A stretch of DNA of 63,601 bases, filler included, from Phoronis australis (Eukaryota; Animalia; Phoronida): assembly GCA_002633005.1 (NCBI GenBank). It is 10 parts of 10 records of this genome, joined end to end, with 100 filler letters (N's around TTAATTAATTAA, not from the genome) between each part and the next. Parts side by side here need not be neighbours in the genome. Positions count along the whole stretch, not along the records: positions 52,295 to 54,784 come from NMRA01002231.1; positions 54,885 to 60,579 come from NMRA01001244.1; positions 60,680 to 63,601 come from NMRA01003322.1; 7 more parts are not named here. One strand, given 5' to 3'. The position numbers and the translations under genes are program-made. This document shows positions 53,172-63,601 of the stretch, piece by piece. The notes beneath the pieces are model-generated. The model worked only from the letters and a program-made list of their open reading frames with translations, did not search any database and was not told where the DNA came from. The first letter of the stretch is position 1. Every line of letters starts with the position of its first letter.

Positions 53172-53999
53172 GTACCCATTTCATTTCAGTCCCTGTTTTT
53201 ATTACATCCCATATTGCAGAGGTTCACGTTCCAAATTGTTGAGTTTCTGGCATACATTTTAGTTGTGCTGACCTAAAATCAACAATGGTTTTTCCCATTC
53301 AGTAGAGCCCTCACATTGAAGTATTAGTCCGTTTTATCCATGCTGTCTTGTTAAAACATCTATTATCCCCTTGTGCACAAACAAAATGCATGTCAAACTT
53401 TGACAAGGGGTTTCAGTTCTGGCCCAAATTTTTCTATCCAATAATTCTTCACGAGCACACATTAGTCATAGCTTGTAAAAACATGGTGGGGCCCTTCCAA
53501 TTTTTGCCGAATGATTCCGACTTCTGTCTGTTTACTTCTTGTAGTATTTTGAGTGGGTACTCCGATGTGCCTTGGTGACTCCGCGGTGTCCTGAGATTTT
53601 TTACCAGACCGCCAAAAGAAATTGAAAGTCCTGTAAATTGAGCATTATCAAAGCTGTGAAGTTTCCTCTTTTAAGAGGATTTCCTCTTTTTTGGTTTCGG
53701 TTTCCTCTTGCTTGATTGCCAATTTCCTCTTTTTTCATCTCCTTTTTGTCATTATTTTGATTTCATTCATTCAAAAGCATTTATTTCAGTTAAATTTCAC
53801 AGCACAAATCAAAATATTTCTATTAAACAAGCCTATTTATTTGTGGAACTGTGCATAACCTGGAAAATGTTCCTAATTTTTGTCATTGGTTATTCCAAAC
53901 CCTGAAATATGTAACTGTGTCATTGGTCATTCCAAGCCCTGTATTATCTGCACCCATTAGCTGGTGGTAAACACTGATGCTCGCTTTTTCATTTTGTAG

Positions 54000-54083
54000 T
54001 CGTCAACAATTTCAAACCAAAAGACAAGCGGCAACTCAAAGTTGAAGTTGGCGATACTGTTCACATTGTGGAAGAATATGGAG
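54000..54083 (+). CDS. DOCK-A/B (DOCK1-5-like) Rac GEF, N-terminal SH3 exon
   Basis: VNNFKPKDKRQLKVEVGDTVHIVEEYG; TTTTGTAG/GTATGG; phase 1/1; matches the DOCK1 pattern LSLQIGDTVHILE. Confidence 0.85.
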
Positions 54084-54769
54084 GTATGGAGATGTTGTTT
54101 GAACCAGTCATTTGTGTTACCTTTTGGTGTGATAAGAAATTTATGAAGTGGGCTAGTCAGGTGTTACATTACTTTGAAGACAACATGCAAAAATTTATTA
54201 TGAAGATCTTATGAGGCATTGCATGGAATTGATGTAGTCCCTTGGAAATCCTGGCAAACTGATTACATATTGCTGTGTGTAGTCATTGCTGGTGAAATGA
54301 AATGAAACAATTCTCTTTTCATTTGAATTTCCAGATGTATTATAATAATTTTGTGGGGACTAATTTCCTAATATTTCCATTGAAGATTCTTCTTTAAATT
54401 AAAGAAAGTCTTAAAAGTGGTTACAGTGTTTACCCTGTGCTGCATTGCTGTGCCATTTAATAATTTTGAATGTGCGTCACCTTACATGTCATTTTGGTGG
54501 TAAGAAATGTAATCAAATAAATGAAAGCAATCTGTAACTGTTTCCGGTTGTGTTCCTGTATTTTTCATTGATAAAGACATTAGCATTTCTCTCATTTTTT
54601 CCAATTGTATGTCATGCTGTGCTATTGTTATCGTTACCAGACTGTTTTCATGACCCGTAAAACTTCAAATGGATCCTAAATTTTTTTACTGTGAGTTCTT
54701 TGGACCCCAGTGTTTCGATGTTAAGGACAAACTCTGGGTTATTTTTCTGGCTCTGGTTTCTTGTTTCAG

Positions 54770-54784
54770 ACTGGTACCGCGGTT
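54770..54784 (+). CDS. DOCK-like SH3, next exon (truncated by contig end)
   Basis: TTTCAG|ACTGGTACCGCGGTT gives (D)WYRG in frame with the previous exon. Confidence 0.8.
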
Positions 54785-55515
54785 NNNNNNNNNNNNNNNN
54801 NNNNNNNNNNNNNNNNNNNNNNNNNNNNTTAATTAATTAANNNNNNNNNNNNNNNNNNNNNNNNNNNNNNNNNNNNNNNNNNNNCAACAATATCAAAGCA
54901 ATTTCTACAATAATCATAGACAAATATTTTCTTTTAAAATAATAACTGGTCAGAACAATTGTATGTAAGTATTACCCAATGACACTTAGTATGGCCATTT
55001 AAATCAACCTCAACACTACAAAAATGTACTGGTTCTGTTAAAGATCCTTTTGAAATAACACAAATATAGAAAGAAACTTGAGGAAAAAAGGATCAAAACA
55101 AAACGTCAAAATACTATGACTTCAGACAACTACCAACCATAAACTTTGTAAATCTGAATAAACTAATGAATTAACAACCTTCACCACTGGACTTAATGAT
55201 TTCATTCATGACGTTTCTTGCTTACTATGCCTGTAGAAAGAGGCACACTGTTTGCATGATATGCCACATTCACCACAAAAAGGAGGGTCCTCGTGCTGTG
55301 ACGCAGTGTCGCATCAGGCTTACTCTTTACGTGAAACGTTGATCACAGATAGGACACTGAATCGACTTGGTTCCTGCTTCATGTTGTGTTTTACTATATT
55401 GGTAAAACAACTCTTGAGAATGCATCGCGTCAATCACAGGGCTGGTAAAGGTCTTGCTTGTAGTAGTGTCACTGTGTATTATTGTCATGTGGTCATACTA
55501 AGTCGATTTCTCAGT

Positions 55516-55670
55516 TTCTGAACAAGGCTCCACAACATACACACACTTTTTGTGACATGCAGCAGTTGTACTACTCTTTTGAAGGCGTGGACGTTAACAA
55601 CCTGAAGGACTCCTGGCGTGGCTACAATTCAACTGAAAAAATCAAAACGCATTCAGTTATGTTTGTTTGG
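55516..55670 (+). other. Possible unidentified exon
   Basis: TTTCTCAG acceptor, open frame FLNKAPQHTHTFCDMQQLYYSFEGVDVNNLKDSWRGY..., then GG|GTAAAT; family not recognised. Confidence 0.25.
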
Positions 55671-56130
55671 GTAAATCTCACTTTGAAATCAAGAAAAAAC
55701 GATGAAATGTAAATAATAATCAACCCATCAACTAATTCAGGCTCCGTAGTAATATAAAATTATTGACATAATACCGTAACTTGAAGGACTATTCAGGCCA
55801 ATGCGGAGAAAAAAAAATTGCGTTCACGATCGCTTTTTAGCTTTCACGATCGCCATAGAGAATTAACGACTTCGTTGCCGATCGCCGTCTCACACAAGAA
55901 CCTGCTTGTATTGGTAAATATCTCAAATTGTTTGACAAATCATAACTAACAAAGGTGTCCCCAGGGACGATTAAACTATAAACGTCACACGTCTCTTGTT
56001 AAGAACCCTGGAATTGCTAATAACAAGTAGAAATTGTCGATTTTACGATGAGCAAAGGCAATTTACCGAAAGCCATTGCTTTCTGAGCTCTTTATTTTGA
56101 AAAATAAGCAAAAGCCATGTATTATTTCAG

Positions 56131-56304
56131 ATCCACAACAAGGTTACACTCTGACGCTTTCCCGTATGTAGCATTCGTACCAAAGTCGCCTCTACTTAAG
56201 CAGAAAACGACACTTAAACTCGCCGTCAACCATTTTTTGTGCAAGGTCTCGTTCTCGATCGCCTTCCGGGCGTTCTCAATCGTGGGTTGGCCGGGGTGTG
56301 GAAG
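56131..56304 (+). other. Possible unidentified exon
   Basis: TATTTCAG acceptor and AAG|GTAAAG donor around a GC-richer 174-bp segment with one open frame; family not recognised. Confidence 0.25.
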
Positions 56305-58404
56305 GTAAAGCAGTGTCAATCACCCATCCATGATGGAAAATATCGGCCTCTAAATGTTCCTTATCTAGATGGGAGTTTTATTTCAGTTTCCATTGAACTC
56401 AAGTCACAAAGAATGTATTATTATCAATTTCACAGTAAACTCCATTAACGTTTACTTGCCTTGGAAGTGGTTCTAATATTCTTATTCGTAATGAAAATAG
56501 AAATTTTAGCCACACACACTGTAAGTATCAGGATCACTAATTTTTACTTTCTAAAGAAATGAATTTTTTTACATACTGTAGTACTATGGGAAAGTTCTGC
56601 ATTGCAGCCTTCATGTATGTCATAGTCTATCTACGATGTATGTCACACAACTTCATCCGGGTACTGAAGAATGTATCAAACGGCACCAAAGATCCAATTG
56701 AATCTGCTGTATCTCATTGAAATGGTGAATATTTAAATTTGTAGCAAGCGCCTCCTCGTGACTTCCTGGAGCGCTGTGTAAAGAAACAATTCGTAAATAA
56801 AATGCGGTTTTAGAGAAAACACGACTGAAACACTTAGAAACAATTGTGAACAAACAAATTGAAATTATTGGGCAATCGTTATTTGATAGCGAAATGAACA
56901 CATCAATAAAAACTGTTTTATTAAGGTAACGATGAAGTTTTTGTTTTAATTTTCATTTTTTTGGTTTTGTCCCAAAGGGGGTAGGGTTAAGCCCCCTGAG
57001 CCCCCATACAGTAGGTCCGCCACTGAATATATGTACACTGTATGTATGGTGTGTTGAAGATCTTATGGTGTTGCTGGCTAGTGACTAGCCTTATTAAAAT
57101 GTACAACAAATCAGTTAACGCTTCGATAATCTTCCCCACAGACATTCTCGAACTTTCTCAACGACATTGCGTGGATACTAAGGAAAACAATAATTGCATC
57201 TTCGTGGTCATATATAACCCAAATGCGAACACTTTGCAGTTTTGCTGTACCAAACCACAGTTTATATTTTTATGTACATGTAAGCCTAACTTGCAAACTT
57301 TCGCCAAGTTATGGATTGTCTCGTTTTAATATTAAAATGATGTTTTCTTGTTAGCATGGAGCGTAACTCAAAACAAACATTAGTGAATAGATGTTCTTAA
57401 AACCACAATCACCTCCTGGTGGCGAGAAACAATTTATTTTAATGTCATTGGAGATCCTATCTCTACCTCTCACCCTCACTTGACCGACGGACGTGAAAGA
57501 CAATCCTCTAGTGATCCCTGCCCCCTTGCACACAATCTTACACCCCTATGGTAACTGTGTATACACAGTAGTCATTGCTGTCTCCTGCTTTCATGCGTAC
57601 TGAGCTTCAAAGAGGCCTGTTCCATGAGTCTTCGTCTGTAGTAGCAGCGTTTATTTAATTCCACTGTTGTCAAAGTGTTCATAACGCGCATTGAGACAGA
57701 AATATATTACTCAATAAAATTGTGTTGTTACAAAACGCGAAGTAGTTTCTCGAGACATAAAGTTCCGAGACCACAGTTTGATTGGCCGATGTTTTCGAAA
57801 TCACAAAATACATTGTGCGTCAACAAAAGCCTTTGCGCTTTTTATACGTTTCATAATCACTTTACGTCGCTGAATGACTTACCCATAAAACTTACCTACA
57901 TGAAAATATGCTCTGGCGCAAGGCTGGTGGTAAAAACAGAAAGTGACACAAGAAGATCTGAAATACCGGATTGTTAGCGTGGTCACGGAAGTACATGTAT
58001 ATGTGGTTTCACGAGTGGCTACCAATGGCGCCCTTTTCAACTAAACTTAGGGACAGAGTACGTTGACGTGAATGCACATTCTAATATATTATTTTCCCTC
58101 TGTCGTATACTCGTTTACAATATACTGCATGTAACTTCAAGATGATCTGTTTTAATATATATTTGTTTAAACATTTAAATTAAAATACAAATACCAGGAG
58201 AACAGTTATCACATGGTACAAAAATAAATTAATATCAATTCTAACATAAATGTATGTAACTTCTATACATTAGCTTGGAGATAACGATCAAAAGCAATTA
58301 CATGTTATACAGATACAGTGTATAGAGTAGAAATATGCAAACATTAAAATGCATGTTTTTATATGTGGGTGTGTTATTTAACCGAGGTTGGTGCCCCGTG
58401 TTAA

Positions 58405-58718
58405 GGCAACTACATTTCACCCCAGTATGAACACTGTGTGCATGGACATGTGAGTTCCATTATCATACACTGTATATACAGGTCATGGACACGATTCCAA
58501 TAAAACGGACCAACCTTCCTTTCAGCCAATTTAATATAAAACTTAAAATTTGTCTCAAGTCCGTCTCAAGAAAGAACTCTCAATTTCGATTTAAGTTTTG
58601 AGTAAAGTTATTTATGTTTTAATTTTGACTAACTCATAGGATGTGCCACAGTGTCAAAGTTTGGGAGCACCATGACCCTGCGTCTGAAAAAGATCACATC
58701 TTAAGAGATATAATAGCC
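58405..58718. mobile_element. Putative Kolobok-type MITE (TTAA TSD, GG...CC ends)
   Basis: TTAA|GGCAACTACATTTC ... GAGATATAATAGCC|TTAA; TIR matches at 10/14 positions. Confidence 0.45.
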
Positions 58719-58893
58719 TTAAGTATACCTACTGTTAAGAAATCAAGCCAATAATTTTAAATATACATATATATGTATTTCTGTTATCGGGGTTGTACGT
58801 AATGGATGGAAGACAGTCTCAGCCGCCGTCGTGTTTACCAGTAGGGTACTGCGGAGTTGTGAGGAAAGTCCGCGGAGAGCCGCCTTTTCAGAC

Positions 58894-59100
58894 ATGAGAA
58901 TGTGCGTTTGTGAAGGTTGTAGTAACAACAACTTGACTGACAACGTCTCTGTGTTCAAATTTCCTAAATACGTGAAAGTTGCACATAAATGACATCGGTT
59001 TGTGCGATGCACTAGAGTGTGAAATGTCAGGGTGGAACATGCGATTCAGTCGCGAGCCAGTTTGTTCAGCACAATTCAAGCACTTGTGTTTCGATCAAAC
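58894..59100 (+). pseudogene. Degenerate THAP domain (transposon remnant)
   Basis: MRMCVCEGCSNNNLTDNVSVFKFPKYVKVAHK*HRFV...VCSAQF; conserved Trp is now TGA; frameshifted. Confidence 0.75.
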
Positions 59101-60145
59101 ACATTAGTAGCGTAACGATGAAAGACTCGCCACCTTGTATGTGTATTTTCAAATTTAATAAATAACGCGCAAACTGCTTCCATTCTGGGACTAGTGATGC
59201 CAGGCCCTCGACCCCGTCCCAGATCAAGTGTTACGACACGTGAGCGCGTGCATGGTATAGACCTAGTATAGACCGTGCTCCTTCCAACATGGCAACAGTG
59301 AATACTGATGACCCAGGGTTACTTTGGCCTTTGCCAGTGATTATTAAGTGTCTATTTCGTGAAAATTGACCACCCCTTGGTTTAGTTGGTTGTGGCTGAC
59401 ATGTGTCTGCAGCATTTCTCGTGCAAGTGGGTCGAGTTCTTACCACCTCAAACTCAACTAAATTTTGCTAAGTGGAAAATCGCATTGATTGTTTGATTGT
59501 GAGATGCCCGTATCCGGCTTCTCTTTGTATCTATGATAATTGTGCAGTTCTCGCTCAAAATCGTCCACGCCTTTTGATCTGCTGCTTTTCGCCATCGCAA
59601 ATGATGGTCAAGTGACCAGACGTCTTCCACCCATTACATCATTTGGCGAGAAACTTTTAGAAATAACTTGTTCTGCTTCAAAGTTAAAAAAATCAAGATT
59701 CCAAAACTAAGAAAATGCACAGTGGGAACAGTTTAAGTAAAAATGAACTTAAGCCAGTGTCATAAAACGGGCTCCATGAACATGTCAGGAAATCAGATCT
59801 TGTCTTCAGGTTTTTGCCTGAAGTTTGTTCTCGGGCATTCAAACTTATCAACACGCTAGTAAGTTTTACCATCTCTGGTCCATCTTATCAGATCATTTAC
59901 CTCAAATCTGCCAGTAAAACTCACCTATAAGCACTATGTGCACTTATGGCAAGCATTTGTTAGCAGTGTTCTTCGGGCATACATGTAAACCACGCTTCTT
60001 GGCCCTGAGGTATGACAAAAACTAAATTGTTTAATGGATATACATGCCTAAAACTGTACATAAACATGGTAATACACAACCTGATTGCACTAAAATAACT
60101 TAACATATATAAGGTTGACAGCTGTCTATGGTCGACTCAAATCAA

Positions 60146-60487
60146 TTAACTAGGCTTGTTGTTGCCAAAGATATCCTGACACAGTGCAGGGTGTTTGGTG
60201 TGGAGGAAGTCATAGACAGCCTCCACCCTGACCCCTTGCTCCACAGAACGAGCCTTGACTACCTCTTGGGAAACGAAATGAAAATTTGGCAAATCCGGAA
60301 ATCCACGTGTCTGTATTGCGGCGACGCACGCCTCATGTTTGTCATCGGGTACAAAACCAGGACTTCCTGAGCTGCCTTTGCCAAACTGTAGACTTGTTCG
60401 GTAAAGAACTCGTCGTGGGTCGTCGATTTGTGGGAATACGGCACGGCCAGGAAATGTCCGCTGTGCCCATTGGTTTAACTCAGAAAC
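60146..60487 (-). CDS. FAM111-like trypsin-fold serine protease, terminal exon
   Basis: After TAATTTCAG, an open 114-codon frame: ...DDPRRVLYRTSLQFGKGSSGSPGF...VAAIQTRGFP...SVEQGVRVEAVYDFL...IFGNNKPS-stop. GSSGSP is the catalytic-Ser motif. Confidence 0.78.
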   Translation of the reverse strand, partial: VSELNQWAQRTFPGRAVFPQIDDPRRVLYRTSLQFGKGSSGSPGFVPDDKHEACVAAIQTRGFPDLPNFHFVSQEVVKARSVEQGVRVEAVYDFLHTKHPALCQDIFGNNKPS

Positions 60488-60679
60488 CTGAAATTACAAA
60501 TTAAACGGTTTTTACGACGGCGAGCCCACGGAAAGTACAGCGACGCCAGCGCCCTCAGTGGGAGGTGCAGAAGCACAGTNNNNNNNNNNNNNNNNNNNNN
60601 NNNNNNNNNNNNNNNNNNNNNNNTTAATTAATTAANNNNNNNNNNNNNNNNNNNNNNNNNNNNNNNNNNNNNNNNNNNN

Positions 60680-60704
60680 AGAGAGAGAGAGAGAGAGAGA
60701 GAGA
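60680..60704. repeat. (GA)n microsatellite at contig start
   Basis: Direct reading. Confidence 0.95.
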
Positions 60705-61133
60705 TCCAAGAAAAAGCCGGACATCTTCAAAGGCAAAAGCCACTTAAATGACAATGAGGACCACTGCAAAATACAAAAATACAAATGCACTATACATCGT
60801 TTCCCCCAATCAAATTAACTATTGTCTTAATTTGCAAAATGAATTTTTGTCACCACATTTAGATAGGATAGCAAGCACAGCTCTAATTGAAAGGGAAACT
60901 TGGAGTCGTTAAGAACAGAGAGCTATTAACAAGCAGTTACAACGTTCACGTAATTTAGTTCTACTGATTAAAAGTAGGACTATGTACCCGTTATGTATTT
61001 AAATCAAAAGGTAGCGGGTGAATTTAAGTCTTCTTTAATTTGAAAAGGAGTTACGGTCGGACACGGTTAATAAACCACTTTTGTTCACAATCCTTAAAAC
61101 CTAATCAAATACACTTCTTTTTGGCCGTATACG

Positions 61134-61320
61134 TATTTGCCAACTGTCCCCGCTTTTGGCGGGCTGGGACTGTTCCGCTTTTTGACACAGGAGAATATTA
61201 GAATAATCATATAGTGTCGTGATTTTCCACGTGATATAGCCCTATTTTCCGGTGCAACTAAAAACCCATATGTCCCGTTTTTTCAATCCAGGCCTTCGTT
61301 CTCAAATGTTGGCAACTCCA
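61134..61320. mobile_element. hAT-type MITE remnant (TTGCCAAC...GTTGGCAA) with TGTCCCG subterminal motifs
   Basis: Inverted TTGCCAAC ends and repeated TGTCCCG motifs. Confidence 0.45.
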
Positions 61321-61676
61321 CATACAATGTATAGATCGGCCCCGCTTTATCAACGATCGAACGCCTGATAGTGGCTAAGACGACCGTAACTTAATTTTTG
61401 TTGGCAAACAATTCATTCATGTGCTTTATGAACACGCTCATTCCATAGAATTCGTCACTTTCCTTACAACGTTAAAATGTTCATATATACGTAGTATGAA
61501 CTCTGTACACCATAACTTCACCCGGAAAGGGACGAACATTGTATCGAACGAGCATCTCCATGAAGGTGGGCATTGAACTTAAATGTGTGATGAAATCACG
61601 TTTACGTCAATAGAAACGTGCATACGACCGTCGTAGTAACAGCCGGGTTTACCAAAACGAAGATAACAGAACAGGC

Positions 61677-61837
61677 CAGTGACGGATTTAGAGGGGGGCC
61701 AAGGGGGCCATGCCCCCCCCCCCTAAAATTCACGCAGATTCCATGTGGCAGTTGGGGGCTGCGAATGTCTGACGGGCAAAATCCTGGCTAATACTCTGCA
61801 GTGGCCCCCCCAACTCAAAATCCTGGATCTGCCCCTG
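61677..61837. mobile_element. hAT-type MITE (CAGTGACGGATTT...GGATCTGCCCCTG)
   Basis: Imperfect TIR; same family as 2322-2650. Confidence 0.6.
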
Positions 61838-62294
61838 CATGCCATATTAAAAAATAAGTTGTTGGTTAATTTAATCTTTGTGTTGCAGTGAAATGTGTAT
61901 TGAAACAATTAGTATAACGCGCTAAGATCAATTCGTAACTGAAATCAAGTATAAAATAAAGAGGTTCTAGTGACTGGAAATTTTTCAAGATTTGTGGTAG
62001 GGCCTAAGGTTGAGTCACTGGTGACCAACAATCTTGTTTGCAATCGTTTTCAAGATAGACAGAGTGCAAGGTTTTTCAAGCTTAGATTTCAATATTGAAA
62101 AAGGAGTGGACCAGCAAACTTATTCAAATTTTTTGACAACCTTCATTTACATTTTTGACAACTATATTGGAGTATTCTTGTTCAAGCGTACCGAACAATG
62201 GTTAGTAAGAGAGCAAGGAAATTCAAGATTAGAGAAAAATATCAAACAAACGGAGATGCCCCTTTGAGATCAACGTTATCTAAGCTCTAAGTAC

Positions 62295-62450
62295 GTCCCT
62301 CTCTGCCCTCTTCCCTGTCTTTCCGTCACTCTTTCCCTGCCTTCTTTTCGTTGCCTCCCCCCTTCGTCTCTTGCAGCCTCCCTCCCTTCCTAGGATCCCT
62401 CCCTCCCACCCTTCCTCACTCCCTCCCTCTCTTCCAGCCACCTTCCTTCG
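62295..62450. repeat. Polypyrimidine (CCCT/CTT-rich) low-complexity tract
   Basis: ~150 bp strongly C/T-rich on the + strand. Confidence 0.85.
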
Positions 62451-62950
62451 GACACGCCTTTTGACATTCGTTGGAATTTTTGGGGAAAGTGGAAACTAAA
62501 CATTTTTGGAAACCTCGTGGAATGACGAATCAGAAAATAATTGTTTCCATTTTTGGTGGCCATCTTGGATTTTCAAAAATGGCGCCAGTAAAATAAATTT
62601 TGCCCAATATATCCACCCTTGGGTCACTGAGAATGTTAGTTTTTATGACTACACCTGCAGTTCTGAGGCCAATGAATTGGAAATTTTAATTTTATTGGCG
62701 GCCATATAGGTGGACATCTAGGAATTTCAATACATTTTGCTCAGTATCACTGCTCTTGGGTCACTTAGAATGTTAGTTTTAATGGCTGCATCCACATTTT
62801 TGGGGTAAGGAATTGAAAAATACTATTTCTAAAATGATAAATAGCAGCTACGAACCCCCAGAATATTTAAAATAATCACAGAAACGCAGATTAACTTTTA
62901 TTTACAGTATATATCTATATCTTTTTGAAAAGACATTTGAGACATATCTT

Positions 62951-63601
62951 TTGAAGGTTTACTTTGGAACCCAGCTCTCATCTACTCAATGGAAATACAT
63001 TTTGCCTTTGACAGTCGGATGGCAGATAAGCTTGGCAGTAACCAGGCTGAGGATCAATGACGAGAACAACAGGAGTTGTAGCCTGCTGGGCAAGCTACAA
63101 CTCACTGATTCCTACAAGCCAGTCTCTCACTGAGTTTCGTACCTTATCACTTCTTCCAGAGGTGGCCCATGAGTGGTCGACCCTGCTAACAGTTGTTTTG
63201 CAGACGAGCCAGTTAAGGAGGCTGTTTGTTGACGAAGCTCATCCAACTGTCATTTCATGTGACATGTGTCTAAACCAGAGGGTTGTGCAGCTCCTAGACA
63301 CCAGACCTCAACGTAAGCAAACAGTGAACCCAAGGCTTGGAGAATTGCATGCTATAATGGCATCTCTGAGAGTTCTTCAGACGTCCATAGAGAATTCTGG
63401 CACAGATGATGCCTGGATAGAAGCCGACGTCTTTGGCACAGCAACAACTAGACAGGTTCTACTCAGCCATGACAATCCAGCTACAGTGCAGGGTGACCAG
63501 CTGCACGACATGATCACACGTCCCTATGTTCCCTAATAGCATGACGCATCTCGTATGTTGATGACAAGGTTAGGCACTGTACGAAGATTATGTCGCTAAG
63601 A
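62951..63601 (+). pseudogene. Academ-like DDE transposase fragment
   Basis: WASYNS...LLPEVAHEWSTLLTV...TVISCDMCL...PRLGELHAIMASL...IENSGTDDAWIEADVFGTATTRQVL matches the VITFDxxLY...RLGxxH...SGL pattern; truncated and frameshifted. Confidence 0.72.

Noticed and set aside
60259-60444. Listed minus-strand ORF MPYSHK...
   Set aside because: Wrong frame; the overlapping frame carries the GSSGSP protease motif and correct exon boundaries.
1-63601. Treating serpin, SULT, NAP1, PTPRR, DOCK and FAM111-like genes as a cluster or novel system
   Set aside because: They lie on separate contigs joined by synthetic linkers; only the serpin and SULT share a contig.

Overview
Low-GC, intron-rich animal DNA (a marine invertebrate is the best guess; the species cannot be named from this sequence). 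The window is not one locus. It is ten contigs joined by artificial 100-bp linkers (44 N + TTAATTAATTAA + 44 N), so adjacency across linkers has no biological meaning. Recognisable host-gene pieces, mostly spliced exons the ORF track misses or mis-frames: a multiply disrupted serpin; the last four exons of a cytosolic sulfotransferase; four exons of nucleosome assembly protein 1; five exons of a transmembrane KIM-family tyrosine phosphatase (PTPRR/STEP-like); the SH3 exons of a DOCK1-5-type GEF; the terminal exon of a FAM111-like trypsin-fold protease; and a possible TDO-like first exon. The rest is mostly DNA-transposon debris: a decayed Sola3-like element with TTAA TSD, Academ transposase and Cys8 fragments, a 724-bp Academ-ended palindrome, a THAP plus hAT remnant, a MITE family with exact 6-bp TSDs, Helentron-like non-autonomous elements, and mini/microsatellites. 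Several single-N duplications look like assembly artefacts. I found no convincing novel multi-gene system. The best leads are the FAM111-like exon, the 6-bp-TSD MITE family and transposon-borne CTCF-like motifs. All family assignments come from motif recognition, not from database searches.
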